From an uncultured Chloroflexia bacterium (lineage in GTDB: Bacteria > Chloroflexota > Limnocylindria > Limnocylindrales > CSP1-4): a stretch of 64,000 bases of DNA. Each line of letters opens with the position of its first letter. Within the stretch, counting starts at the first letter, position 1. Shown in pieces: positions 1-11,022 of the stretch. Position numbers and translations under genes: made by a program. The notes below the pieces were generated by a model. The model worked only from the letters and a program-made list of their open reading frames with translations, searched no databases and was not told the origin of the DNA. Location of the stretch: NCBI GenBank assembly GCA_963833225.1, contig CAWHXD010000007.1, positions 160,001-224,000 of the forward strand. Reading direction: 5' to 3'.

Positions 1-1
1 C

Positions 2-382
2 ATGGTCAAGGGCGTCGCCGTCTCGCCGCGCGACGTGGTTGCCGCCTGCCTGCCCGATCCGGCCGGGCTGGGCGCGAAGATGCACGGCAGGACCTGCGCG
101 GGCACCTGGGTGACCGGTCTCGGCAAGGACGGCAACCCGCGGGCGGTCTACCTCTACCACGTGGTCGACAGCGACTGGTCGTGGAAGGAGTACGGCTCGC
201 AGGCGGTCGTCTGGCAGACGGCCATCAACCCGATCATCGGCCTGGAGCTCCTGGCCCGCGGGACGTGGTCGGGGACAGGGGTCCTCGGACCGGAGGCCTT
301 CGAGCCGAAGCCGTTCCTGGACCTCCTGGTCGACTACGGATCCCCGTGGGGGATGCGCGAGGATCCGGCCCCGGCGCGCTGA
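2..382 (+). CDS. Saccharopine dehydrogenase / carboxy(nor)spermidine dehydrogenase family, C-terminal part (5' truncated by window)
   Basis: VSPRDVVAACLPDP...GRTCAGTWVTG...QAVVWQTA...GVLGPEAF is typical of the Sacchrp_dh_C domain. Confidence 0.8.
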   Translation: MVKGVAVSPRDVVAACLPDPAGLGAKMHGRTCAGTWVTGLGKDGNPRAVYLYHVVDSDWSWKEYGSQAVVWQTAINPIIGLELLARGTWSGTGVLGPEAFEPKPFLDLLVDYGSPWGMREDPAPAR

Positions 383-409
383 GCAAGATCTGACGGCGGC
401 TTCCACGGC

Positions 410-527
410 CCCTGATCGCCGTCTGCATCAGAACCGGTGCGTACGCTCAGAGTCCGGGACGCGAAACCCGAGCTTCGAGAGGCGACCCCCGTGGGAAGGC
501 GTCGAATCTGATCCAGATCGCGATCGG
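410..527. repeat. ~119 bp palindromic dispersed element, copy 1 (solo)
   Basis: Starts CCCTGATCGCCGTCTGCATCA and ends TGATCCAGATCGCGATCGG (imperfect terminal inverted repeats); same ends and length as 31781-31900 and 32906-33024. Confidence 0.8.
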
Positions 528-588
528 CAGGATCTTGAGGCCGTCAGCGCCGCGGGCTGGTGCGAACTCGTCTGCGAGCGGCGGGACG

Positions 589-3500
589 CTAGGGGCCAAC
601 GGTGATCGTGGGGCTCGTTCCGGTGATGCTGCTCGTCAGCGTGTCCGTGGCGGTGAACGTCCATGACCCGGCCGAAGCCGTCACACCACCGGCGAATGTC
701 CTGATGCCGCCGTCGCCGGACACAAACGCGTAGTCCACGGGGAGGATCGCCGAGACGTCGTCACTGGTGAAATGAATGGTGCCGGTGTAGCCGGTGGCCA
801 CGTTGCCGTAGGCGTCGAGTGCCGTCACCGTGACGTCGAACGGGCTGCCGGCCGTCTGCGGCGAGGTCGCGCTGACCTCGAGCGTCGCTGCCGAACCCGG
901 GGTGATCGTGCCGGTTGACACGGGCTCCCACGTGATCGCGTAGCTCGCGGTGACGTCCGTGACGCCGTGCGCCACGGTCCCTGAGGGCGTCAGGGTCTTG
1001 CCGGTCCCTGCGGTCTCGGTGTCGAACACCTCGATGAAGCTGGGGGTGTCTCCCGCGGCAAGGCTGCCTGCCGTGATCGTCGGCGTGGCGCTCGACGAGG
1101 TCGTGCCGTCGGCGATCTTGCTGTCGGTCACGGCCGTGACCGTGATCGCGAGGGCCGCCACCGCATCGGCGACCGTCCCGGAGTCGTTGTTGTAGTTGCC
1201 CGAGACGTCGGTGAACGTCCAGGGATCGGTGCCGTAGGTCCCGGCGGCGGTGTGGGTCGTGCCCGACAGGTCCGGGGCCGCGAGCGTCTCGCCCTCCACG
1301 CCGAGGCAGCTGCCGGTGGCCGTGTGGGGGCTGCCGTCGTAGGTGACGTCGTAGCCGGTGATCGTGCACGACGGGTCGGCCCTGGTGATGTTCGCGGTGG
1401 TGGTGTTGGTGGCGGTGATCGTGTAGTTGGCGTTGTCGGCACCCGCGAGGGTGAAGCCCGTGCCGGTGACCGTCTTGCCGGTGGCGCACGCCCGCGTTCG
1501 CGAACGACGCCGTGGCCGAGGCAGACGAGCAGGTCACCGTGTCACCGGCCTCGATGACCGCGACCGAGCAGCCGGTGATCGTGGCGTCCGTGGTGGCGTC
1601 GTACGCCCTGTTGCCGGCCGTGAACGAGATCGTGACCGGCTTCTGGGCGACCGTGAACGACCGGTCGACCGGGGTGGCCGCGGCGTAGTTGGTGTTGCCG
1701 TCCTGGGTGGCCTGGACGGTGCAGGTGCCGGCAGCCAGGATCGTGACCGTGGTCCCGGTCACGTCGCACACGAGGGGCGTCTGGGAGCTGAAGCTGACCG
1801 TCAGGCCGCTGGTCGCGGTCGCCGAGACCGTGAACGGCACATCGCCGTAGGTCTTGTCGCCGAGCGTGCCAAAGCTGATCGTCTGGCTCGCGGCCGAGAT
1901 GGTGAACGAGCGGGTCACCTCGGGTGCCGGGTTCCAGTTGCTGTTGCCAGCCTGGTTCGCGGCCAGGACGCACGACCCCGCGGCGTCGAAGTTGACGGTC
2001 GTGCCGCCGGTGACCGAACAGGCGCTGTTGGTGGTGGCCGGATCCACGGTGATGACGACCGTCAGGCCGCTGGTCGCGGTCGCGGTCTGGGTGTCGCTGC
2101 CACCCACAGCCGCGCTGCCCGGCGCCGACCCGTCGAAGGAGATCGTCTGGGCGGCCTGGGCCACCGCCAGGTTGCCCGCGACGTAGCTGAACGCGTAGTT
2201 GTCGTCCACGCCCCCGGAGCAGGTGATGGGCCAGTTGCCCGCCCCGCCGGTGAACGTCGCGGCGTCGCAGGTGGGCGGGGTGCCGATGACCGTGGCGGTC
2301 TCGCCGCCCACGAACCCGCTGTAGCCGAACGTGTAGGCAGGTTCCGCGTCACCGTACGTGATCGACTTGTCGGCGGCGGTCACGGTCAGCGTGGCCTTGG
2401 TGATGTTCGCGGTGGTGGTGTTGGTGGCGGTGATCGTGTAGTTGGCGTTGTCGGCACCCGCGAGGGTGAAGCCCGTGCCGGTGACGCGTCTTGCCGGTGC
2501 CGACGCTCGCGTTCGCGAACGACGCCGTGGCCGAGGCAGACGAGCAGGTCACCGTGTCACCGGCCTCGATGACCGCGACCGAGCAGCCGGTGATCGTGGC
2601 GTCCGTGGTGGCGTCGTACGCCCTGTTGCCGGCCGTGAACGAGATCGTGACCGGCTTCTGGGCGACCGTGAACGACCGGTCGACCGGGGTGGCCGCGGCG
2701 TAGTTGGTGTTGCCGTCCTGGGTGGCCCGGACGGTGCAGGAGCCCGCGGTCAGGATCGTGACCGTGGTCGCCGGTCACGAGCACACGAGGGGCGTCTGGG
2801 AGCTGAAGCTGACCGTCAGGCCGCTGGTCGCGGTCGCCGAGACCGTGAACGGCACATCGCCGTAGGTCTTGTCGGCCGGGCCGCCAAAGCTGATCGTCTG
2901 GGCCGCGGCCGAGATGGTATCGGCGACCGTCCCGGAGTCGTTGTTGTAGTTGCCCGAGACGTCGGTGAACGTCCAGGGATCGGTGCCGTAGGTCCCGGCG
3001 GCGGTGTGGGTCGTGCCCGACAGGTCCGGGGCCGCGAGCGTCTCGCCCTCCACGCCGAGGCAGCTGCCGGTGGCCGTGTGGGGGCTGCCGTCGTAGGTGA
3101 CGTCGTAGCCGGTGATCGTGCACGACGGGTCGGCCCTGGTGATGTTCGCGGTGGTGGTGTTGGTGGCGGTGATCGTGTAGTTGGCGTTGTCGGCACCCGC
3201 GAGGGTGAAGCCCGTGCCGGTGACCGTCTTGCCGGTGGCCACGTCCGCGTTCGCGAACGACGCCGTGGCCGAGGCAGACGAGCAGGTCACCGTGTCACCG
3301 GCCTCGATGACCGCGACCGAGCAGCCGGTGATCGTGGCGTCCGTGGTGGCGTCGTACGCCCTGTTGCCGGCCGTGAACGAGATCGTGACCGGCTTCTGGG
3401 CGACCGCCAGGTTGCCCGCGACGTAGCTGAACGCGTAGTTGTCGTCCACGCCCCCGGAGCAGGTGATGGGCCAGTCGCCCGCCCCGCCGGTGAACGTCGC

Positions 3501-6003
3501 GGCGTCGCAGGTGGGCGGGGTGTCGACGACCGATGGCGGTCTCGCCGCCCACGAACCCGCTGTAGCCGAACGTGTAGGCAGGCTCCGCGTCACCGTACGT
3601 GATCGACTTGTCGGCGGCGGTCACCGTCAGGGTGGCCTTGGTGATGTTCGCGGTGGTGGTTGGCTGGGTGATGGTGTAGCTCCCGGCCTTGGTGCCGATG
3701 AGGGTGAGACCGCTCACGATGACGGTCTTGCCGGCGCCCACGTTGGCGTCCGGCGTGAACGTGCCCGTCGCCGCCGCGGTGCCCAGCGCCACGTCATCGG
3801 TCCCGACCACGCCGACCAGCGATGCGGAGCCGAAGCCAAGCGACGCCGCCGTGAGGCCGTTGTAGACCTTGTTGGATGCCGTGACGCCCGCAACCGTGAG
3901 GCCCTTCTTGGCAACCGTGATCGTCTGCGGCACATCGGGCGCCGGGGCATATGTCGGGTCACCAGCCTGGCGCGCTGTCACGGTGCAATCGCCCGCGGCC
4001 TTGTAGGTGAGGGTGGATCCGGCGACCGTGCACACGGACGCCGTCTCTGAGGAGAAGGACACCGAAAGGCCGCTGCTTGCGACTGCGGACAGCGTCACCG
4101 GGGAGGCGCCGTAGGTGACGTTGGCGACGGGGTCGAAGGTGATGGTCTGAGGGGTGACGCCGGTGGAGGCAACACTGAACGCCTGGTTGGCGGTCGTTGC
4201 CGGATTCCAGTTGCTGTCGCCGGGCTGATCGGCATCGAGCTGGCAGTTGCCGGATCCCGGGAACGAGACGACGCTGCCGCTGATCGTGCACACAGCCGCG
4301 GATCCCGCGTCGACATCGATCGTCACCGGCAGGCCGCTGGTCGCGGTGGCTGACACCGTGTAGTCCGGTCCGTCCTTGACCCGGAAGCCGGGGGTCGTGG
4401 CGAACGTGATGTCCTGGTCGGCCTTGAGGATGTCCGCTGTCGTGGTGACGGGCTCGAGCACGTAGTTGCCCGCGGAGGCTCCGCTGAGCGCCAGGCCGGA
4501 GACCGTCACGGTCTTGCCCGTGCCGGCGTTCGCATCGCTGAAGGTGCCTGTCACTCCGCTGGTATCGAGAGTCACGTCGTCGCCCGCGAAGATCCCTGCG
4601 GGCTCGATGGTCGCGCCGCTCGCGTCGATCTGGGCCGTGGTGCCACCGGGCGCGTACACGCGGTCCTCGGCGGTGATCCCGGTGATGGTCAGCGGCGCGC
4701 CCGCGACGGTGACCGCCTGGGTGACAGTCCGAGCGTTCCAGGTCTCGTCGCCGAGCTGAGTGGCGGACACGGTGCAGGTGCCGGCACCATGGAAGCTCAC
4801 GCTGCCCGCGGTCAGTGCGCAGTTCGGCCAGGAGGACTCGGGGATCGAGAGGAGGACCGGTTGGCCCGCGGATGAGGTCGCCGCCACGCTGTAGTCCGGT
4901 CCGCGATAGGTGGCGTCGGTGGGCGCCGGTGTGTCAAACGTGACCGCCTGGTTCCTCTTGGCGGACATGGTCAGGATCGCGTCGAGATCCACGCGCGCCT
5001 TGGTGGTGGTCCGGATCTGGATCCGGTGGGTGGCGCTGGTGTCCCCCGGGATCGAGCCGACGTACAGCACGCGCCGGTAGGAGGTCTTCTTCTTCCGCTG
5101 GTTGACCGGCGAGGTGGTGACCCGCACCCCGTCAACGTAGACGTTGAACTTTCCTCGGTTCTTGGCCTTGGACGCGACGATCGCGAACTGGCGGACGCCG
5201 GTCACGGTGAGGGTCGCCTTGGCGCCCCTCTTGGTGACGGCCTTCTCTTTGCCGCCCGAGTACTTGCTCGAGGACGAGGTCTTCCAGCCCGAGGAGTACT
5301 TGATCGCCGAGCTCTTCTCCTGGAACTGCCGGATGCTCGTGGTCAGCGAATTTGCGGTGGCAGAGTCCTTGGTATCCGTGGTCTTCACTCGCCAGACGTA
5401 GCTCGTCGAGGTCTTGACGGACCGGGTGCTGGACGTCGCGGTGCTGTTGATGATCGGGGTCGAGGCGAAGGTCCCGCCGCCATTGGTGCTCTGGTAGACC
5501 TTGTAGCTCCTGAGGCTTGCCTGCTTGGCGAGCACGCCACACCAGGTGAGCTTCACGGAGACGGTCTTGCCGATCGTGCTGTTCCTCACGAACCGCGCCT
5601 GGGGCGTATCCGTCACCGGGGCGTCGGCGGGCTGGGCCACGTCGACGATGATCTGCCCGGTCTGGCTCGAGCTCGGCGGCGTCACGCCATCGGAGATCGT
5701 GTAGGTGAAGGCGTCGACGCCAGTGAGGCAGCCCCTGGGGTCGTACACGACGCTCCGCCCGTCGGTCCGGGCGGTCCCGTTGAGGGGTGTCCCGAGGGCG
5801 ATGATGGTGAGCGGCCTCGATTCCGTGGCTTCGCCCGGTTCATCGTTGGCCAGGGGCTCGATCACGGTGGGCCCGACGGGGTCCGCCGGGTCGACGATGT
5901 CACCGACGGGAATCGGGCCAGCCGCCAGCGTGATATCCGGGACGATCGCGCTCAGCGCGAGGACAGCCCCCAGGAACCCGATCAGACGCGCATGTCGTGT
6001 CAT
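589..6003 (-). CDS. Large secreted surface protein/adhesin with Ig-like, YDG-like and MBG-like repeats (~1800 aa; frameshifts near 3532, 2778, 2487, 1487)
   Basis: Signal peptide MTRHARLIGFLGAVLALSAIVPDITLAA at 6003; Thr/Ala-rich repeats (KVYNG/RAYDA YDG-type, TAADKSITYGD MBG-type, QTISF units) continue across ORFs 3295-6108, 2775-3593, 761-2383, 589-1299. Confidence 0.8.
1165..3660. repeat. Near-identical intragenic domain duplications in the adhesin
   Basis: ~1165-1650 matches ~2920-3405; ~1385-1860 matches ~2400-2872; ~2163-2420 matches ~3403-3660 at DNA level. Confidence 0.85.
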
Positions 6004-6104
6004 GGATACCAAACCCCCTGTGCACAGTGTCGCACCGGTTTGCGACACCGGACCAGCTAGCGTGCGCACGACGCAGGGTACTCCCGGTCCGTTCTCCGCT
6101 CCCG

Positions 6105-7058
6105 TCACAGATCAGCGATGCGCCGTGGCAACAGCCGCTCGCCGCGCCGCGGCGGCTTCATGCCGGCGAGCTCGAGCACGCGGATGACGCGCCCGCGCTG
6201 CCCACGGTACGGTTCCAGCAGCTCCTGCATCCGCTCGTCCGTGCCTCGTGGTTCGCCCGCGATGGCCCACGCGACCATGTTGGGGATGTGGAAGTCGCCC
6301 ACGCTGACCGCGTCCGGGTCGCCGAAGGCGCGAAGCCCCACCTCGGCGGCCGTCCACGGTCCGATCCCGGCGAACGCCCGCAGCGCTGCATATGCGGCGG
6401 CTCGTGCCGGATCGGTGGCTCCCGGTCCGGCCGCCGCCGCCCCGAGGCGCTCCAGCCGCTCCGCTTCCCGCGCGACGGCCCGCACCAGCTCGGCGCGCCG
6501 CCGTTCGAGCCCCATCGTGTGGAACGCGTGATAGGGAAGCCCGGCGAGGAGCGTGGGCGGCGGCGGGAGCCGCAGCCCGAAGCCCCCGGGCGCGTCCTGG
6601 CCGTACCGGGCGACAAGCGCACGATACGTCCGGCGCGCCTCGTCGCCGGTCACCTTCTGCTCGAGGATCGCTGGGACCAGCGCCTCGAGCACTCGCTCCG
6701 TGCGCCCGATCCGCAGCCCGCGGAGCCGCCGCACCGCGACCGACACGGCCTCGTCGCGAGGGACCAGCGCGGCGGGGTCGTCGTCGGCGCCCAGGAGGGC
6801 TCCCAGACGGGTAAGCGCCCAGTCGGAGCCAGGCCCCCACGCGCGCGCCCGCACGCCGAACTCGTGCTTCTCCACGAGGAGCGTGACCGCTCCGTCCGGT
6901 GTCCAGGAGGCCCGCCAGGCGCTGCCCGAGATCTCGAACCGGAGCGCCGGATCGCGAGCGCCGCGGGCGTGGATGCCGAGCGTCAGGCGAAGGTCCAGCG
7001 GGCCATCGATGGTCAGCCCGAGCTCGCGGTCGGGCGACGGAGCGGACCTGCCAGTCAT
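6105..7058 (-). CDS. DNA-3-methyladenine glycosylase II (AlkA/HhH-GPD family)
   Basis: ILEQKVTG, HhH motif LRAFAGIGPWTAAEV, DAVSVGDFH. Confidence 0.85.
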   Translation of the reverse strand: MTGRSAPSPDRELGLTIDGPLDLRLTLGIHARGARDPALRFEISGSAWRASWTPDGAVTLLVEKHEFGVRARAWGPGSDWALTRLGALLGADDDPAALVPRDEAVSVAVRRLRGLRIGRTERVLEALVPAILEQKVTGDEARRTYRALVARYGQDAPGGFGLRLPPPPTLLAGLPYHAFHTMGLERRRAELVRAVAREAERLERLGAAAAGPGATDPARAAAYAALRAFAGIGPWTAAEVGLRAFGDPDAVSVGDFHIPNMVAWAIAGEPRGTDERMQELLEPYRGQRGRVIRVLELAGMKPPRRGERLLPRRIADL

Positions 7059-7249
7059 GCATGGCAGCCTATCGCGCGTGGCTCGCTGGGAACGGCAGTC
7101 CTCAAAGGCCCGGGTTCATGTGCGTTTCCACATCGGCCTCTCACGAGACCACAAGGTCGGGGCGTTCACCATGAGACCGCGCCGACACTCGCCGGCAGCC
7201 AACGTTCGGAGGTTCAGGTGCTCCTGGTGTCACAAGTGTCGCGGCGGGC

Positions 7250-8482
7250 ATGCCGGTGAGCCGGCGTGACCGCCGCCAGCGCGCGGGCCGTCGAGATGCG
7301 TACGGGAGCGCCCAACCGCCGCCGCGCCCGACCTACCCCGTTCCCGATGAGCCCGGCCCCAGCCTCGGTGAGCGGCTGGCGGCTGCAGGACCCGCGGCGC
7401 TCGCCCTGCTGCCACTCCGGTTCTTCTTCGGCCTGACGTTCGTGTATGCGGGTCTCGACAAGCTCCTCGACCCGGCCTTCCTCGACGCGGCCGCACCCAG
7501 CTCGATCGTCGCGCAGCTCCAGGGGTTCACGCATGCGTCGCCGCTGGCGCCGCTCGTCCGCCTCGCCGAGCCGTTCGCCATTCCCCTGGGCCTGCTGATC
7601 GCCCTCGCGGAGATCGCGATCGGCCTGGGCACCCTCTCCGGCCTGGCGTTCCGTCTCGCCGCGGCGGGCGGCGCGGTGCTGTCGTTCCTGTTCTGGCTGA
7701 CCGCTTCGTGGACGACGACGCCCTTCTACTACGGGGCAGACCTGCCGTATGCGATGGGCTGGGTCACGCTGGCGATCGCCGGCACCGGCGGCCTGCTCGT
7801 CCCGACTGCGGTGAGTGAGCTGGGCCGTATCCCGCTCGACGCCTGGGATCGCGCACGCCTCTACCGGGCCGGTGGGGGCGCGGGAGCCGGCTTGCCCGAG
7901 GTGTCGCCCGAACGTCGCTTCATCCTGCAGGTGGGCGTGCTCGCCGGCCTGTCGCTTGCCGTCGCCTCGATGGCCGTCCCGCTGCGGCTGTTCCGCCGGG
8001 CGTCGACGACCGGCGAGGCGTCAGGCGAGGTCACCGGCGGCGGGGGCCCGCCCGCTGCCACGACCGGGAACGGCGCGGCCACTGGCAACGCGCCGACCGG
8101 CGCACCCGCCGCGCCCGGTGCCACGGCGCCCGCCTTCGCGCCGGCAGGGCTCACCGTCGCCTCGATCGCGACCGTCGACCAGCAGGGGGCGATCCGGATC
8201 CGCATCCCCGCGGACGCCCCGTCGCCGCTGCCGGCCGGGGACCCCGGGATCATCGTCCGCCTCCAGGACGGCTCATACGCGTGCTATGACGCGGTCTGCA
8301 CCCACGAGGGCTGCCGCGTCGGCTGGGACGCCCAGGACGCGGTGATGCTGTGCCCATGCCACGGCGCGGCATTCGACCCCAACGACCACGGGGCGGTCCT
8401 CGCCGGCCCCACCCGCCGGCCGTTGCCCGAGCTGCCGATCGTGATCGACAAGCAGGCGGGGACGATCACCCTCCGGGCCTGA
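7250..8482 (+). CDS. DoxX/DoxD (TQO small subunit-like) membrane domain fused to Rieske [2Fe-2S] domain
   Basis: LLPLRFFFGLTFVYAGLDKL and EIAIGLG (DoxX); Rieske boxes CTHEGC and CPCHGAAF; internal RRFIL before the last TM. Confidence 0.85.
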   Translation: MPVSRRDRRQRAGRRDAYGSAQPPPRPTYPVPDEPGPSLGERLAAAGPAALALLPLRFFFGLTFVYAGLDKLLDPAFLDAAAPSSIVAQLQGFTHASPLAPLVRLAEPFAIPLGLLIALAEIAIGLGTLSGLAFRLAAAGGAVLSFLFWLTASWTTTPFYYGADLPYAMGWVTLAIAGTGGLLVPTAVSELGRIPLDAWDRARLYRAGGGAGAGLPEVSPERRFILQVGVLAGLSLAVASMAVPLRLFRRASTTGEASGEVTGGGGPPAATTGNGAATGNAPTGAPAAPGATAPAFAPAGLTVASIATVDQQGAIRIRIPADAPSPLPAGDPGIIVRLQDGSYACYDAVCTHEGCRVGWDAQDAVMLCPCHGAAFDPNDHGAVLAGPTRRPLPELPIVIDKQAGTITLRA

Positions 8483-8506
8483 GCCCGATCACCCTCCGGG
8501 CCTGAG
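8463..8506. repeat. 21 bp direct repeat at convergent gene junction
   Basis: CGATCACCCTCCGGGCCTGAG at 8463-8483 and 8486-8506. Confidence 0.85.
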
Positions 8507-8923
8507 GTGATCGACGATCGTCTCGAGGGCGGCCACGTACCCTCGCGGGCCCTGGCCCACCACGCTCGCGACCGCGATGTCGCGGAGGAAGTTCACGCTC
8601 CGGAAGGGTTCCCGGGCCGATGGATCGGAGAGGTGGACCTCGACGAAGGGTCGCGCGACCCCCAGCAGCGCGTCGCGCAGCGCCACGCTCGTGTGGGTGA
8701 GGCCGCCCGCGTTGACCACCGCGCCATCGAAGTCCCGCAGGTGTAGCCGATCCAGGATCCGCCCCTCGTGGTTGGACTGGAAGAAGTCCACATCCACGTC
8801 GAGCTCGGCGGCCCTGACCCGAACCCGATCGTGGATCTGGTCGAGCGTCTCGGAGCCATAGATCGACGGCTCCCGGGTTCCCACCAGGTTGAGATTCGGT
8901 CCGTCGATGATGAGGATGCGCAT
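8489..8923 (-). CDS. aroQ: Type II 3-dehydroquinate dehydratase
   Basis: GPNLNLVGTREPSIYG, QSNHEG, THTSVALRDAL, EVHLS, REPFR. Confidence 0.95.
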   Translation of the reverse strand: MRILIIDGPNLNLVGTREPSIYGSETLDQIHDRVRVRAAELDVDVDFFQSNHEGRILDRLHLRDFDGAVVNAGGLTHTSVALRDALLGVARPFVEVHLSDPSAREPFRSVNFLRDIAVASVVGQGPRGYVAALETIVDHLRPGG

Positions 8924-8934
8924 CGAGCCCGACC

Positions 8935-10312
8935 CTACCTCATGGGCTCGAAGGTCGCCGTGAAGTGCCGCAGCTGGGCCGGCTGCTTCACGATCCGATA
9001 GCCCCGCAGCGACGAGGCCCGCAACGCGACGTCCCGGGCGACCTCGATCACGTAGTCGATGTGGCTCTGCGTGTAGGTGCGGCGCGGGATCGCCAGGCGC
9101 ACGAGGTCCATCGGCCCCGGTGTCTCAGTGCCATCGGGCTGCTTGCCAAACATCACCGTCCCGATCTCGCAGCCCCGGATGCCGCCCGCCCGATACAGCT
9201 CGACCGCGAGCGCCTGGCCCGGGTATTCGAGGGGCGGGACGTGCGGAAGGAGCGCCCGCGCGTCGAGGTAGACCGCGTGCCCTCCGAACGGCTGGACGCA
9301 TGGGATCCCGGCCTGGACCAGCGCATCGCCGAGGTATGCCGTCGACCGGATCCGGTACCGCAGGTAGTCCTCGTCCACGACCTCTCGGAGGCCCTGCGCG
9401 ATGGCCTCGAGATCTCGGCCGGCGAGGCCGCCGTAGGTTGGAAAGCCCTCGGTCAGGATCAGCAGGTTGCGGCACTGCTCCGCGAGCGCGTCATCATTGA
9501 TGGCCAGCCAGCCCCCGATGTTGACCAGCGCGTCCTTCTTTGCCGACATGGTCATCCCGTCCACCAGCGACCCGATCTCGCGGACGATGTCGATGACGGG
9601 CCGGTGCTCCTGGCCGGGCTCGCGGGTCTTGATGAACCACGCGTTCTCCGCGAACCGGCAGCCGTCGAGGAACAGCGGCTTGCCATAGCGGTCGCAGACG
9701 GCGCGCACGGCCCGCAGGTTCTCGAGGCTCACGGGTTGCCCGCCACCGGAGTTGTTGGTGATCGTCATCATCACCAGCGGGACCCGGTCGCCTCGTTCTG
9801 CCAGCAGCCGGTCCAGCGCCTCGACGTCCATGTTGCCCTTGAACGGGTGGATCAGCGACGGGCTGGCGCCCCTCGGGGATCACGAGGTCGACGGCCTCGG
9901 CACCGGTGAACTCCACGTTGGCGCGGGTGGTGTCGAAGTGCGTGTTGTTGGGGACGACCTTGCCGGCACCACCCACCGCCGTGAACAGGATCTTCTCGGC
10001 TGCGCGCCCCTGGTGCGTGGGAATGACGTGCCGGAACGGGAACAGGTTCTGGACCGCCTCCAGGAACACGTACCAGCTGGGACTGCCGGCGTAGCTCTCA
10101 TCGCCGTGCTGGATCGCCGCCCACTGGTCACGGCTCATCGCGCCGGTGCCGGAATCCGTGAGCAGGTCGACCAGGACATCTTCCGCGTGCAGGTTGAACA
10201 GGTTCCAGCCCGCGGCCTCGAGCGCCCGCTCACGCTCCTTCTCGGTCGTCAGCCGGATCGGCTCGACGGCGTGGATCCGGAATGGCTCGATGATGGTGGC
10301 CCAGCGGTCCAT
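8935..10312 (-). CDS. tnaA: Tryptophanase (beta-eliminating lyase; tyrosine phenol-lyase not excluded), frameshift near 9865
   Basis: EPFRIHAVE, DLLTDSGT, THQGRAAE, NTHFDTTR, PLP lysine motif MSAKKD, RLAIPRRTYT, LRHFTA; two overlapping ORFs. Confidence 0.85.
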
Positions 10313-10677
10313 GGCGCCGAGGATACGCCGCGGAGGTGCGCCCTCGGGATGCCGTCGCCGACCCGGCGGAGTCCGTCGCCGGGGCCGCGCCGGTCTCCCG
10401 TCGAGGCCCCGGCGGCCGCGCGCCGGTCTCCCGACGCCCCAACGGTCGCGGCTCGGTAGGATCGGGCGTGGGGAGCCCCAACTCGCACGTGGAGTGACCT
10501 GTCAGGCGACGGACAGCGCTCCCGGCGCCCAGCTCAGCGCGGCGCGCGCTCGTTGGGGCGCCGGACGCCCGAGCCGGGGTGTCCCCGCGGCGCGCGCTCG
10601 AACGTCGGGAGCGGCCCGAGAACGGCGGACCTGGCGCTCGCTCGCCCCTCGACGCCCGGGGCAGTACGCTGCGCGCC

Positions 10678-11022
10678 ATGTGTCGCAGCATCCGCCAGCT
10701 CCGCCGGCCCGAGGATGCCGGCTCGGCCACCACCGGGGAAGCCCGGGCCGCCGCCCTCCAGTATGTCCGCAAGGTGAGCGGGTTCCGCGAGCCCTCGGCC
10801 CGCCACGGGGAAGCCTTCCACGAAGCGGTCGACGAGATCGCCGCCATCACGGAGCGCCTCCTGCTCGCGGTTGGAACGCCCGTCGCCGAAGGGCCCGACC
10901 CGTTTGCCGATCCCGTGACGCGGCGCGCGCTGATCGCCGCCAGGCCGCCCTCGAGGCGCGCGCCACGCCCGGTTGCGGCCCGCTCCCCGGCGACACCCGG
11001 CCCCGGGGACGGCACCGCATGA
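10678..11022 (+). CDS. DUF2277 family small protein
   Basis: MCRSIRQL...AAALQYVRKVSGF...AFHEAVDEIA. Confidence 0.8.
   Translation: MCRSIRQLRRPEDAGSATTGEARAAALQYVRKVSGFREPSARHGEAFHEAVDEIAAITERLLLAVGTPVAEGPDPFADPVTRRALIAARPPSRRAPRPVAARSPATPGPGDGTA

Noticed and set aside
7171-7269. Small Cys-containing ORF (MRPRRH...CSWCHKC) upstream of DoxX-Rieske
   Set aside because: No clear RBS or signal peptide; one CxxCH in 32 aa can be chance; probably promoter DNA
10386-10433. 15 bp direct repeat CGCGCCGGTCTCCCG upstream of tnaA
   Set aside because: Only two GC-rich copies; no TnaC-like leader or other support
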